Positions 31,901 to 39,960 of a DNA stretch of 64,000 bases are shown piece by piece. This DNA comes from Acidobacteriota bacterium. Its GTDB lineage: Bacteria > Acidobacteriota > UBA6911 > RPQK01 > JAJDTT01. Made by a program: the position numbers and the translations under genes. How positions within the stretch are numbered: position 1 is the first letter of the stretch; each line of letters starts with the position of its first letter. Below the pieces are notes generated by a model. The model saw only the letters and a program-made list of their open reading frames with translations, was not told where the DNA came from and searched no databases. Location of the stretch: NCBI GenBank assembly GCA_965209055.1, contig OZ242374.1, positions 5,024,001 through 5,088,000 on the forward strand. Direction: 5' to 3'.

Positions 31901-32473
31901 GAAGAAGAGGAAGCCGTATCCGCCGGCATTGAGGCGACACTGGAAGCTGTTCCAGGCGTGGCCCAAGAGACGCCGGTCCAAGGAGGATGGACCCGCGGAC
32001 TGATCCTGCACAAACTGATGGAGGAACTCCTGACCGGAGAAATCCATTCGGATGAGGCCGCCGTGCGGGCGCGAGCCGCCGACCTGATTGGTCAATTGGG
32101 CCTTGACGACGAAGAAGATGCGGCGGCGGGGCCGTCCAGTGCCGAGATGGCGGCCACAGTGATGCGGACCCTGCGACTTCCCCAAGTCGCTGCCCTCCGG
32201 CCGCGGCTGGTTCCCGAGTTTCCGGTCTACGCCAGCGCCGTCGACGGTTCGGCGGTATCTCTCACGGCCGGCATTGCCGACGCCGTCGCCATTGACGGGA
32301 AGGGGCGCATCGACGTGGTGGTGGACTGGAAGAGCGACGTGAAACCTGCCGGGAAACAGGTCGCCATGTATCACCGGCAGATTCGCGACTATCTCCGATC
32401 GACCGAAGCCCGGACCGGCCTGATCGTCTTCATGAGTTCCGGCCGCGTCGACAGAATCGCGCGGGGCGGCTGA
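29000..32473 (+). CDS. AddA-like UvrD superfamily-1 helicase with C-terminal nuclease
   Basis: EAGAGSGKT, ITFTEAAA, TIHGF, DEFQD, VGDPKQAIYRFRGAD, TMHSAKGLE, YVALTRA, and the nuclease motif GIADAV..VDWKSD. Start is uncertain (28970 or 29000; see findings). Confidence 0.9.
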   Translation: MKVDGSATPLPDSTARITALTDHERTLLVEAGAGSGKTALMAGRVALLIGAGADPRDIVAITFTEAAAAELLERIETLVRDLLSGAVPIELAAALPSGLTEAQRDHLSRGSETLDEITCTTIHGFCQQLIRPYSVETGLDPGAAVIDPAAAELAYQDLLDAWLSARLGRDRGADGLGRIPPMGDAGGEGDFLAALVLAAPDETLRLVSQTARFLKEHRTAKAAPAEVDSTVFERLVETTGELAAWYRNCGVEEPDTGEMIQDLLRVADLVAEAGRQRLTGRSLAALLGHRPPSACKRGTGEFKQWRRKTKWRNAAAAIGGSAALGEQLSAAGKTYYDTCSMAYAMFRTHLDALASALFVAEFDHFRELYGDYKRNAALLDFDDLLYQARDLLKDNESVRKSLARRYPRILVDEFQDTDPLQSEIIWRLAGEGDPASPWHDRVIRPGALFVVGDPKQAIYRFRGADVNTYLLAKKALEQNDPSAILDITANFRTRRPILKYVNRHFERLLHESRGQPGFTRLEATRPSEGRPCVAAFDIKLDASDMNARGKPSVHRVRRKEAQAVAAVVADLIGAYPVGGKQGDSHRPARAGDIALLAPTGTSLWIYEQAFEDLELPIATQAGKGFYRRQEVQDLIAIARVIADARDTLALGALIRGPLVGLTEEEIADEIEALHVRSERGDSGHGPETKGAVRLSLWTDLDSIGNPVLRRTLEVLQNLARKARRLTPYHLLVEAVEELHVNSILKARHPRGAERALANVELVLEMARAYAGRGIGDFARALWQRWNDQDAQAEGRPDAAADAVSIITMHSAKGLEWPIVIPINSTTTPRRVTGFLYGRRDDSIHIKSRLFSSPEYSEVRSDEELELNAERVRLWYVALTRARDLLLLPRQNARIPNDWLSLIDIDLGSLPPISAGGGFRGAPGPGAGSGPNAQDLATWKREAAEIHANRRQISWDRPSRHEAPVEPEEEEEAVSAGIEATLEAVPGVAQETPVQGGWTRGLILHKLMEELLTGEIHSDEAAVRARAADLIGQLGLDDEEDAAAGPSSAEMAATVMRTLRLPQVAALRPRLVPEFPVYASAVDGSAVSLTAGIADAVAIDGKGRIDVVVDWKSDVKPAGKQVAMYHRQIRDYLRSTEARTGLIVFMSSGRVDRIARGG

Positions 32474-32520
32474 CAGGCCGCCGGTGGCATCCTTTCCGGC
32501 ATCCTGGGACAATCCGGGCC

Positions 32521-33396
32521 ATGCCCGGCCGAGCGTGGCTCTACGCCCTGTCCGCCGTATTTCTCTGGTCCACCGTCGCCTCCGTCTTCAAGCTGACCCT
32601 GAGGCACGTGGACGTCATCCACCTGCTCCTGATCTCCTCCTGGACGGCCTTTCTGGCCCTGTTTCTGGTCCTGGCGGCCCAGGGAAAGGCCTCCCTCCTG
32701 CGTCGGCTCACCGGCCGCGAACTCCTCCGTTCCGCCGGCCTCGGCGCCCTGAATCCGTACCTCTACTACCTGGTTCTGTTCAAGGCCTACTCGTTGATCC
32801 CGGCCCAGGAAGCCCTGGCCCTGAACTACACCTGGCCTGTCGTCCTGGTCCTCCTCTCGGTGCCTCTGTTGGGGCAGAGGATCGGCGCAAGAAGCGTGGG
32901 CGCCATCCTGGTCAGCTTCGTCGGCGTGATTCTGATCGCCACGCGGGGGAACCTGGGAGCCTTGGGCGTCTCACACCCACTGGGCTCCTCTCTGGCGCTG
33001 GGCTCCTCACTGGTCTGGGCCCTGTTCTGGATCCTCAATCTGCGAGACCGGCGCGACCCGGTTTTGAAGCTGTTTTTGAGTTTCGGGTTCGGCTCCCTTT
33101 TCATCCTGGCCACCGTCCTGCTGGCTGAGGGGATCCGGTTTCCCAATTGGCCGGGATTATTGGGCGGTGTCTATTCCGGTCTCTTCGAAATGGGACTGAC
33201 CTTTCTGCTCTGGCTCAAGGCGCTGGGACTGGCCAGCACCACCGCGCGGGTCAGCAACCTGGTCTTCCTTTCCCCGTTCCTCTCCCTGGTTTTCATACGG
33301 GTGCTGATCGGCGAACCGATCCTCGCCTCCACCCTGGCCGGCCTGGTCCTCATCATCTGCGGGATCCTTCTCCAACAGCGCCTGGGGCGATCGTGA
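32521..33396 (+). CDS. DMT/EamA-family transporter
   Basis: About 10 hydrophobic segments; LNYTWP and FLSPFLS motifs. Confidence 0.9.
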   Translation: MPGRAWLYALSAVFLWSTVASVFKLTLRHVDVIHLLLISSWTAFLALFLVLAAQGKASLLRRLTGRELLRSAGLGALNPYLYYLVLFKAYSLIPAQEALALNYTWPVVLVLLSVPLLGQRIGARSVGAILVSFVGVILIATRGNLGALGVSHPLGSSLALGSSLVWALFWILNLRDRRDPVLKLFLSFGFGSLFILATVLLAEGIRFPNWPGLLGGVYSGLFEMGLTFLLWLKALGLASTTARVSNLVFLSPFLSLVFIRVLIGEPILASTLAGLVLIICGILLQQRLGRS

Positions 33397-33462
33397 AACG
33401 TCCGTGGCGACTTTCTCCCCCGACTGCTAACCTGACCCCGCTCGGCATCGACGGAGAACACC

Positions 33463-34524
33463 ATGCAAAGTTATCGGATTACCACCTACCCCGGAGATGG
33501 AATCGGCCAGGAGGTCACGGCTGAGACGCTCCGTGTATTGGAAGCGGTGCAGGACGTTGACGGCGGCTTCCGTCTGGAGGTGACCCGGGTCCCCTGGGGC
33601 TCGGACTACTACCACCGGCACGGCACGGTGGTGCCGGACGACTACCTGGAACGGTTGGCCCCCAGCGACGCCATCTTCCTGGGAGCCATCGGCGACCCGG
33701 CCCGGATCCCCGACCACGTCACCCTGGCGCCTCTGATCCGCATCCGGCAGCGCTTCGACCAGTACGCCTGCGTGAGGCCCGCCCGGCTCTTTCCGGGGGT
33801 TCGGACGCCACTCGCCGGGAAGGGGCCTCAGGACATCGACCTGGTGGTGATTCGGGAGAACTCCGAGGGTGAGTACGTCGACAACGGAGGCCGTTTCCGC
33901 GTGGGCACCCCCGATGAGTTCGCGGTCCAGACCGCCCTGCACACGCGCAAGGGGATCGAGCGGATTCTCCGCTTCGGGTTCCGGATGGCCGGCACCCGGC
34001 GGAGCCACCTGACCATGATCACCAAGTCCAACGCCCAGCGCTACGGCTTCGTGCTCTGGGACGAGGTCCTGGAACAACTCAAGTCCGAGTATCCGGACAT
34101 CGAAGTTGCCAAATACCACATCGACGCGGCGGTCATGAATATGGTGCGGTGGCCCGAGCGGTTCGACGTGGTGGTGGCTTCCAACCTGTTCGGCGACATC
34201 CTGACCGATCTATCCGGGATCCTGGCGGGAGGACTGGGTCAGGCGCCCTCCTCCAACATCAACCCCGAGCGGCGATTCCCCTCCATGTTCGAACCGGTCC
34301 ACGGCTCCGCGCCCGACATTGCCGGCCAGGGCATCGCCAACCCCACGGCGGCGATCCTGAGCGGAGCCAACATGCTCCGCTGGCTGGGGGAGGAACGGGC
34401 CGCCGTTGCCGTTGAAGAGGCGGTGGAAACGACTTTTGCCCAAGGCCACGGGACACCCGACTTGGGCGGCGGCCATACGACCCGGTCGTTCACCGACCGG
34501 ATTCTGGAGAATCTTAGGGTCTGA
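33463..34524 (+). CDS. Tartrate dehydrogenase / isocitrate-isopropylmalate dehydrogenase family
   Basis: PGDGIGQEV, RENSEGEY, TKSN, SNLFGDILTDL, FEPVHGSAPDIAG. Confidence 0.92.
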   Translation: MQSYRITTYPGDGIGQEVTAETLRVLEAVQDVDGGFRLEVTRVPWGSDYYHRHGTVVPDDYLERLAPSDAIFLGAIGDPARIPDHVTLAPLIRIRQRFDQYACVRPARLFPGVRTPLAGKGPQDIDLVVIRENSEGEYVDNGGRFRVGTPDEFAVQTALHTRKGIERILRFGFRMAGTRRSHLTMITKSNAQRYGFVLWDEVLEQLKSEYPDIEVAKYHIDAAVMNMVRWPERFDVVVASNLFGDILTDLSGILAGGLGQAPSSNINPERRFPSMFEPVHGSAPDIAGQGIANPTAAILSGANMLRWLGEERAAVAVEEAVETTFAQGHGTPDLGGGHTTRSFTDRILENLRV

Positions 34525-34546
34525 GCTGCAACGGCAGGAATCACGG

Positions 34547-35694
34547 TCACACTCGAGTCGTGGATACGAGAATGTGGTCGTCCTTCACAGTCCGCTCTCG
34601 TGGCCGGAGTCCGATCACTTCCAATTCCCCGTCTCGCCGCAGTCTTTTGATGAATTCCTGAACATCGCTCTCCCAGACGAGTGGCATCTCCAGCAACTGA
34701 CCTAGTGCGTGCTCAAATTTGACTCGCCGGTCGCGAAACAACCGATCGCGAAGAGCACGATCTGCCGCGCGTCGCTGTTCGGTGCGCTCAACCTCGAAAG
34801 ACGCTGGTCCTGCAAGTACGTCTGCGTCGTACAAATCTCGTTGACCGGATCTTTCGACGCGTCGTTGTTGTTTTGCGACCGAACGTACGCGTTCCTGCTC
34901 TTCGACCGCCTTCTTTTCGACGCTGCGGAATTCACGGAGTCCTCTTAGGTGCCGTGTCCCGTACACAAGGTAGAAGTAGGAACGGTCGGAGACGGGCTTG
35001 AGTATTCGAGTAGAAGTGACGTACTTGAATTGCCCAACATCACGCATTTGACCGCAGTAGAACTCGACAATTTTCTTCTCCTTTTGCGGACCCGATAACA
35101 TAGCGGTGTCTGGGACGCGGCCACCAAAGAGTTCTTCAAACGAAGACGCTATTTCCGATCGCGGGTCATCGAGAAATCGATTGATATGTGGTCGAACATG
35201 AAATTCACAATTACCTCGCCCGACGTTTGCCTCAAGAGGGGCTCGATCTTACGGAGCCCGAATCCCTTCCACCCCGTTGGATCGATGAACACGAGCGAAA
35301 ATGAGTTGCCTATGAAATTCAGAATCTCAGGAATGAGGTCCTCAAACTCGCCGTGTAGCGCCCTGACGGTGACATCGGATCGATCATTGACTACAGACCT
35401 CAGTTCCTCGTAAGCCGCAACGTCCCTCTCGATGAACAGGCAGCGAATACCTGGATACCTGCGATGCGGTGCTAAACCGTTACGAACCTGTCGCAGCTTC
35501 TTGAGGGCGATACGGAAGGATGTGTCTTCGAATTCTTCATCAGCAGACTTCCAGGGTCCCGAAAACCCATCGACATAGGCGAACTTCGGTTGGCTGAAAC
35601 CGATGATGTAAGCCACTCTTTCCAGATACTTTTCCAGGAAAAAGTGTTTGAGGTATGTCTGCTCCCGCCCTCGGTAATACTCCAAGTCCTTCAT
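34547..35694 (-). pseudogene. Three-Cys-motif partner protein (TcmP-like), split by a 2-bp frameshift
   Basis: N-terminal part has EQTYLKHFFLEKYL..YVDGFSGPW..FIE..GEF..FIDPTGW..EVIVNFM; C-terminal part has YFYLVYGTRH.RGL..F. Removing one AT from CACATATCAAT (35184-35187) joins both ORFs into 381 aa through HINRFLDDPRSEIASSFEELFG. Confidence 0.8.
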
Positions 35695-35719
35695 CGGGCG
35701 TTTTCCGGCAATGGGCCCA

Positions 35720-36766
35720 TTAGGGAGTCGGCAGAATCGGAACCGGAGCTTGGGATGTAACTAGCTTTTCCTGACCTCCATAACCGTTCAAACGGACAGG
35801 AATTTGGATGCTCTCGGTAGCATGATTGACAAGTGAATCCTCACTCCCCAGAAGACAATGGCACCCCTGAAAGGGCAAACCAAGCTCGCGCCATAGAGCA
35901 TGGTCCTCCTTGCAGAGCGCCGGTACGATTGTGTCGGCCAGTTCTGTAATGGCGTGGCGAAAGAGTTCGACCTGCATCTCAAGCGGAATTCGGTACTTGA
36001 AGCCCGAAGGGTCTCGATCTTCGGTGAGATAGTCGAAAATGCTGTCGTCGCGGCCGTTCTTAGCTGCCGCGCGGCGTAGAGACTTCGCAGACGTGGCACG
36101 CAGCGCACCGAGAGTCACCATCTCCGGCTGGATTTGATTGATTTTACGGATGGCAGTCGCGTAGCCCGATCGCCAGCGCGGATAGGGAACCATTGGGTCA
36201 AGCCGGAATCGGACGGGCCACCCCGCTTTCTTCATGGTCGCTACCGCCTTGAAGCGTTCGGAAGGAAGCGGCGTGCCATGCTCCCACCGTGCGGCGACTG
36301 ACTCCGCATTCACCGACCATGAGAAGACCACTTGCGGCGTGGCTTGGAGTTCCAGGGCATACCGCACCTGCGTAGACTTTGTAAGAAATATGAGGCGGTG
36401 CCTCGACTGCCCCGCGAACTTTGGAACTATCCAGTGCGTAAGCGGCTTGCCCGTGACTCTCCGATAAGCCCTTTCGAAAACGAGCCCATCCTGGAGTTCG
36501 CCGACAATCATCATCTTGGGAATCGGGTCTTCGAGCCAGACATCCAATTCGTGAAGCATATCGTCAACGTTGGTGTAGACGAGCCCATAGAGTTGGTCCG
36601 GATTGAAACGAAACCACGGGGTGGTCTGGAGAAAGCAATAGGAACAGCGATATGGGCAGCCCCCGGCCGGAACGAGTTGCCAGAACTTGAAGCACACGAT
36701 ACCGGAATCGTCACCGGGCCCGCTGAACCTTCGGATAAACTTGGAGGCTCTACGTCCGATCAGCAT
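35720..36766 (-). CDS. Spore-photoproduct-lyase-like radical SAM protein
   Basis: GCPYRCSYCFLQ (CxxxCxxC), GELQD, FLTKS, FSWSVNAE.VA..WE.GTP..SERF, RFRLDPM, VTLG.LR, LCKE; GGAG RBS. Confidence 0.85.
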   Translation of the reverse strand: MLIGRRASKFIRRFSGPGDDSGIVCFKFWQLVPAGGCPYRCSYCFLQTTPWFRFNPDQLYGLVYTNVDDMLHELDVWLEDPIPKMMIVGELQDGLVFERAYRRVTGKPLTHWIVPKFAGQSRHRLIFLTKSTQVRYALELQATPQVVFSWSVNAESVAARWEHGTPLPSERFKAVATMKKAGWPVRFRLDPMVPYPRWRSGYATAIRKINQIQPEMVTLGALRATSAKSLRRAAAKNGRDDSIFDYLTEDRDPSGFKYRIPLEMQVELFRHAITELADTIVPALCKEDHALWRELGLPFQGCHCLLGSEDSLVNHATESIQIPVRLNGYGGQEKLVTSQAPVPILPTP

Positions 36767-36822
36767 CGGTTTTCTCCGTTTGACCTGCTGCGCCGGTGCC
36801 CAATTGGCGGCGACTCAGCTTC

Positions 36823-37428
36823 CTAATTCTTGTAACCACGAAGCAGACCGACTACGACGCCATGAATCATCGCCATCTCCGTCCTCACTTCGATGGCCTT
36901 GTAACGTGGGTTCTCGGCCATCAAGAAAACACGTCGTCCCTGCTTGACGTAGCGCTTCAACGTCGTCTCCCCATCTATGGTGGCCGCAATGATCTCACCG
37001 TTACGGGCGGTCTCCTGTTGGCAAACGATCACGCGATCGCCATCCAAAATTCCTGCGTTCACCATGCTGTCTCCGGCGACCCGCAAGGCAAAGCAACGTC
37101 GTCTTGGAGACCATTCGATGGGAAACGGAACCAGTTCATCACGGTAGGCATCAACTGACACCGGAGCGCCGGCCACAATCTGACCGATTATGGGAGCGCT
37201 CGCCACCGCGGGAGAACCCCTAGTAAGCTTGACTCGACCACCACGGCGTCCAGGCAGTTGGAGGTAGCCCTTCCGTTCCAAGGCTCGCAAATGGTCTCGG
37301 GCCGTTCCCGTTGAAGACCATCCGAACTCGGAGCAGAGATCCCGATAGCTCGGAGGCGGCTCGCCAACATCTATGCGGTTTCGCACAGCGGCAAGAATGC
37401 GAGCCTGAGTGCGCGTCAAGTCAATCAT
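36823..37428 (-). CDS. lexA: LexA-family repressor (accessory paralog)
   Basis: N-terminal wHTH (PPSYRDL..HLRALERKGYL), Ala-Gly cleavage site IVAGAP, catalytic Ser in GDSM and Lys in TTLKR. Confidence 0.92.
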   Translation of the reverse strand: MIDLTRTQARILAAVRNRIDVGEPPPSYRDLCSEFGWSSTGTARDHLRALERKGYLQLPGRRGGRVKLTRGSPAVASAPIIGQIVAGAPVSVDAYRDELVPFPIEWSPRRRCFALRVAGDSMVNAGILDGDRVIVCQQETARNGEIIAATIDGETTLKRYVKQGRRVFLMAENPRYKAIEVRTEMAMIHGVVVGLLRGYKN

Positions 37429-37437
37429 TGCAGACTC

Positions 37438-37466
37438 ACCATACCACTCATATGAGTGGTATTCAA
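37438..37466 (-). promoter_or_regulatory. Sigma70-type promoter of lexA overlapped by a perfect 22-bp palindrome (candidate operator)
   Basis: Minus strand TTGAAT (37466-37461), 17-bp spacer, TATGGT (37443-37438) preceded by TGG. The palindrome ATACCACTCATATGAGTGGTAT is at 37441-37462. The ATG is 9 nt after the -10 box. Confidence 0.75.
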
Positions 37467-37471
37467 CTTAA

Positions 37472-38662
37472 GGAAGGTCTGAATAAGTCCTCATACGGGG
37501 CGAAACAGACCTTGTATCTCTGCCTTTTTCGGATCCAGACGTTGTAACGTGGGATTTGCAACCCTGAATTGGTCTTGACCAAGCGATTGCGAGACGGTTT
37601 CCCCAGCCTCAAACACAGCCGTGCCGCATTCCGATCAGGCGGTCACACCGGAGCGCTCGGCGATCATCAGATTGGCGAATCCCACCAGCAGATAGATCCG
37701 TTGGGTGTTTTTCGCCAGCCCGCGGTAGCGCACCTTGGCGTAGCCGAAATGCCGTTTCAGGTACCCGAACACATGTTCGGCCTTCGCCCGAACCGATGCC
37801 TTGCGCCGCTCGGCCAACGCCGCCTCACTCTCCGGCGACAGCTGCCAACGCTTCCCGGGCTTCATCATCACCTGCCAATCCATCGGCCGATCTCGATTCT
37901 CCGACCGCTTCTGCACTCCCTGGTATCCGGAATCCCCCCAAACTTGCGACTCCGAGCCGTGCAGCAATTCGGAGGCCCGCGTCACGTCATGCTCGTTGGC
38001 CGGAGCCGTCACCACCGTGTGCGCCACCCCCGTCTGGGCGTCCACCCCCAAGTGGGCCTTCATTCCGAAATACCACTGTTTTCCCTTTTTCGTCTGGTGC
38101 ATCTCCGGATCCCGCGCCCGATCCTTGTTTTTCGTCGAGGAAGGCGCCGCCAGGATACTCGCGTCCACGATCGTCCCACGGCTCAGCCGCAGGCCTTGCC
38201 GCTGCAGGTGAGAACCGATCTCCTCGAACAGCGCCTCCCCCAGACCATGCTCCTCCAGCCGATGACGGAACTTCAGAATCGTCGTCTCGTCCGGCAGCGG
38301 CCCCGTGAGCTTCAGGCCCACGAACCGCCGCACCGATTCCACCTCATAGAGCAGATCCTCCATCCCCGGATCGCTCAGGTTGTAAAACAGCTGCACGCAG
38401 TGAACCCGCAGCATCGTCGAGAGCGGGTAGGGACGCCGGCCCCGTCCCGCTTTCGGGTAAAACGGCTCAATCCGGGCTTCCAAATGCTCCCACGGAATCA
38501 ACCCGTCCATGCGGGCCAGAAACTTCTCTCGACGGGTCACCCGCTTCTTGGTGTCGTATTCCAGATCTGCGAACGTCCGTTGCGACATCGTCTTTCCCCC
38601 CAACGCAGTGATGATGAAAGAATTATCGTGCAGAACGCTGACTCGACTTAATCAGACCTTCC
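37472..38662 (-). mobile_element. Complete IS5-family (IS5 subgroup) insertion sequence, 1191 bp
   Basis: Terminal IRs GGAAGGTCTGAATAAGTC and GACTTAATCAGACCTTCC match 17/18. TTAA target duplication at 37468-37471 and 38663-38666. Confidence 0.95.
37635..38588 (-). CDS. IS5-family DDE transposase
   Basis: TRREKFLARMD, PDETTILKFRH, IVDASI, RDPEMHQTKKGKQWYFGMKAH, GDSGY, RAKAEHVF, KVRYRGLAKN. Confidence 0.96.
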   Translation of the reverse strand: MSQRTFADLEYDTKKRVTRREKFLARMDGLIPWEHLEARIEPFYPKAGRGRRPYPLSTMLRVHCVQLFYNLSDPGMEDLLYEVESVRRFVGLKLTGPLPDETTILKFRHRLEEHGLGEALFEEIGSHLQRQGLRLSRGTIVDASILAAPSSTKNKDRARDPEMHQTKKGKQWYFGMKAHLGVDAQTGVAHTVVTAPANEHDVTRASELLHGSESQVWGDSGYQGVQKRSENRDRPMDWQVMMKPGKRWQLSPESEAALAERRKASVRAKAEHVFGYLKRHFGYAKVRYRGLAKNTQRIYLLVGFANLMIAERSGVTA

Positions 38663-38778
38663 TTAACTCAGGGCTTCCGATCCGTATCCGGGACCGCGTT
38701 GCTGACTCGTGGCCGTCGCCTTCGCAAAGACGCTCGTTCGTTGTCCGCTTGGACCAACCGTAGCCATTCCTGAGGTTG

Positions 38779-39960
38779 CTACCCAGACCTTCGTGATACA
38801 CGGTCGAGCGCATTCAGAAGACGAAGGAACTCCTCCCAGGTGTTGAAAGCGGCAACGGAAACTCGCAGCGCCGGCCTCTCCGGCTGAAACTTGACGACGA
38901 TCCTCCGCTCCAGCAGATCTTCGACGAGTCTCCGTAAACCCGTTTCCCTCAGCTCTCCGTACTCCAAGGCGACGAGACCAGAGGCGCGACCCGGCTTTGT
39001 AGGAGTGAGGATCCGGACTCCAGGGCGATTCTCCAATTCCCCATAAAGAAGTTGGACCAATTCTTGGACGTAACGCTCGATCCGGTCGGGACCCAGCGCC
39101 TCCATGATCTCCAGCGCCCGGCCGAGACCGATCCGTAGGGCATAGTTGTGAGTCCCCAACTCGGAGCGCAAGCCGGCCGTCACCGGCGGCGGGGGGGCAC
39201 CCGGTTTCAACCAGGTGCTGGCATCGGGGATGAAATCGGGGCGAAAATCGGCGAGCCGATCCGGCGACACCCAGAGAAACCCGACGCCCAAGGGACCCAG
39301 CAGCCACTTGTGACCGGAGGCGATGTAGTAGTCGCAGCCCAGGGCCGGAATCTCCACCGGAAACTGACCCACCGCCTGGGCGCCGTCCAGCATCAGCGGA
39401 ACTCCCCGTGTACGCGCAAGACCTGCTGCTTCCCGGGCGGGCAGCCTGCGGCCATCCAGAGTGGAAACCTGGCTGAGGCAGACCAGCCAGACCCGGCGCG
39501 TCAGGGCCGCCTCCAGGCCGCTGAGGAGTGCGTCGTCTCCTGCTTCCGCCGGGAAGGTCCTGACCACCACTCCACGGTGCCGCTCAAGCGCACGGCAGGC
39601 GTCCTGCGTGCTGACGTGCTCGGCCGAGGAAACGAGGATTTCGTCCCCGGCCTGCCAATCCACGCTCCGCAAAACCCGTTGCATGGCCTGGCTGGTGTTG
39701 GAGGTCCAGGCCAGATGCTCCGGCCGGACGCCCAGAAAGTCAGCCAGTTGTCGCCGGACCCGCTGCTCCTGATCCAGCAGAATTCCAGTCACCTCCGGTG
39801 AGGCCGACCCGTGACGGCTCTGGAAGGCCATCGTCTCGGCGACCACCTTGAGCACCGAATCCGGAGTCGGCCCGTAGGAACCGGTCTGAAAGTAGGCCAG
39901 CCGCCGAGTCAGGGGCAGATCTCCACGGAGTTGCCGGAAGCTCATGGGAGCTGGGGTCAC
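38779..39960 (-). CDS. Class V PLP-dependent aminotransferase (cysteine desulfurase/IPN epimerase-like)
   Basis: EHVS, DGAQAVG, SGHKWLLGP (PLP Lys), RVSVAAFN. GTG start overlaps the upstream stop; ATG 39945 is an alternative. Confidence 0.88.
   Translation of the reverse strand: MTPAPMSFRQLRGDLPLTRRLAYFQTGSYGPTPDSVLKVVAETMAFQSRHGSASPEVTGILLDQEQRVRRQLADFLGVRPEHLAWTSNTSQAMQRVLRSVDWQAGDEILVSSAEHVSTQDACRALERHRGVVVRTFPAEAGDDALLSGLEAALTRRVWLVCLSQVSTLDGRRLPAREAAGLARTRGVPLMLDGAQAVGQFPVEIPALGCDYYIASGHKWLLGPLGVGFLWVSPDRLADFRPDFIPDASTWLKPGAPPPPVTAGLRSELGTHNYALRIGLGRALEIMEALGPDRIERYVQELVQLLYGELENRPGVRILTPTKPGRASGLVALEYGELRETGLRRLVEDLLERRIVVKFQPERPALRVSVAAFNTWEEFLRLLNALDRVSRRSG

Noticed and set aside
34525-38778. 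att-like direct repeats bounding the low-GC lexA cassette
   Set aside because: No convincing flanking repeats or integrase were found by eye, and the IS5 has its own TSD, so it inserted independently.
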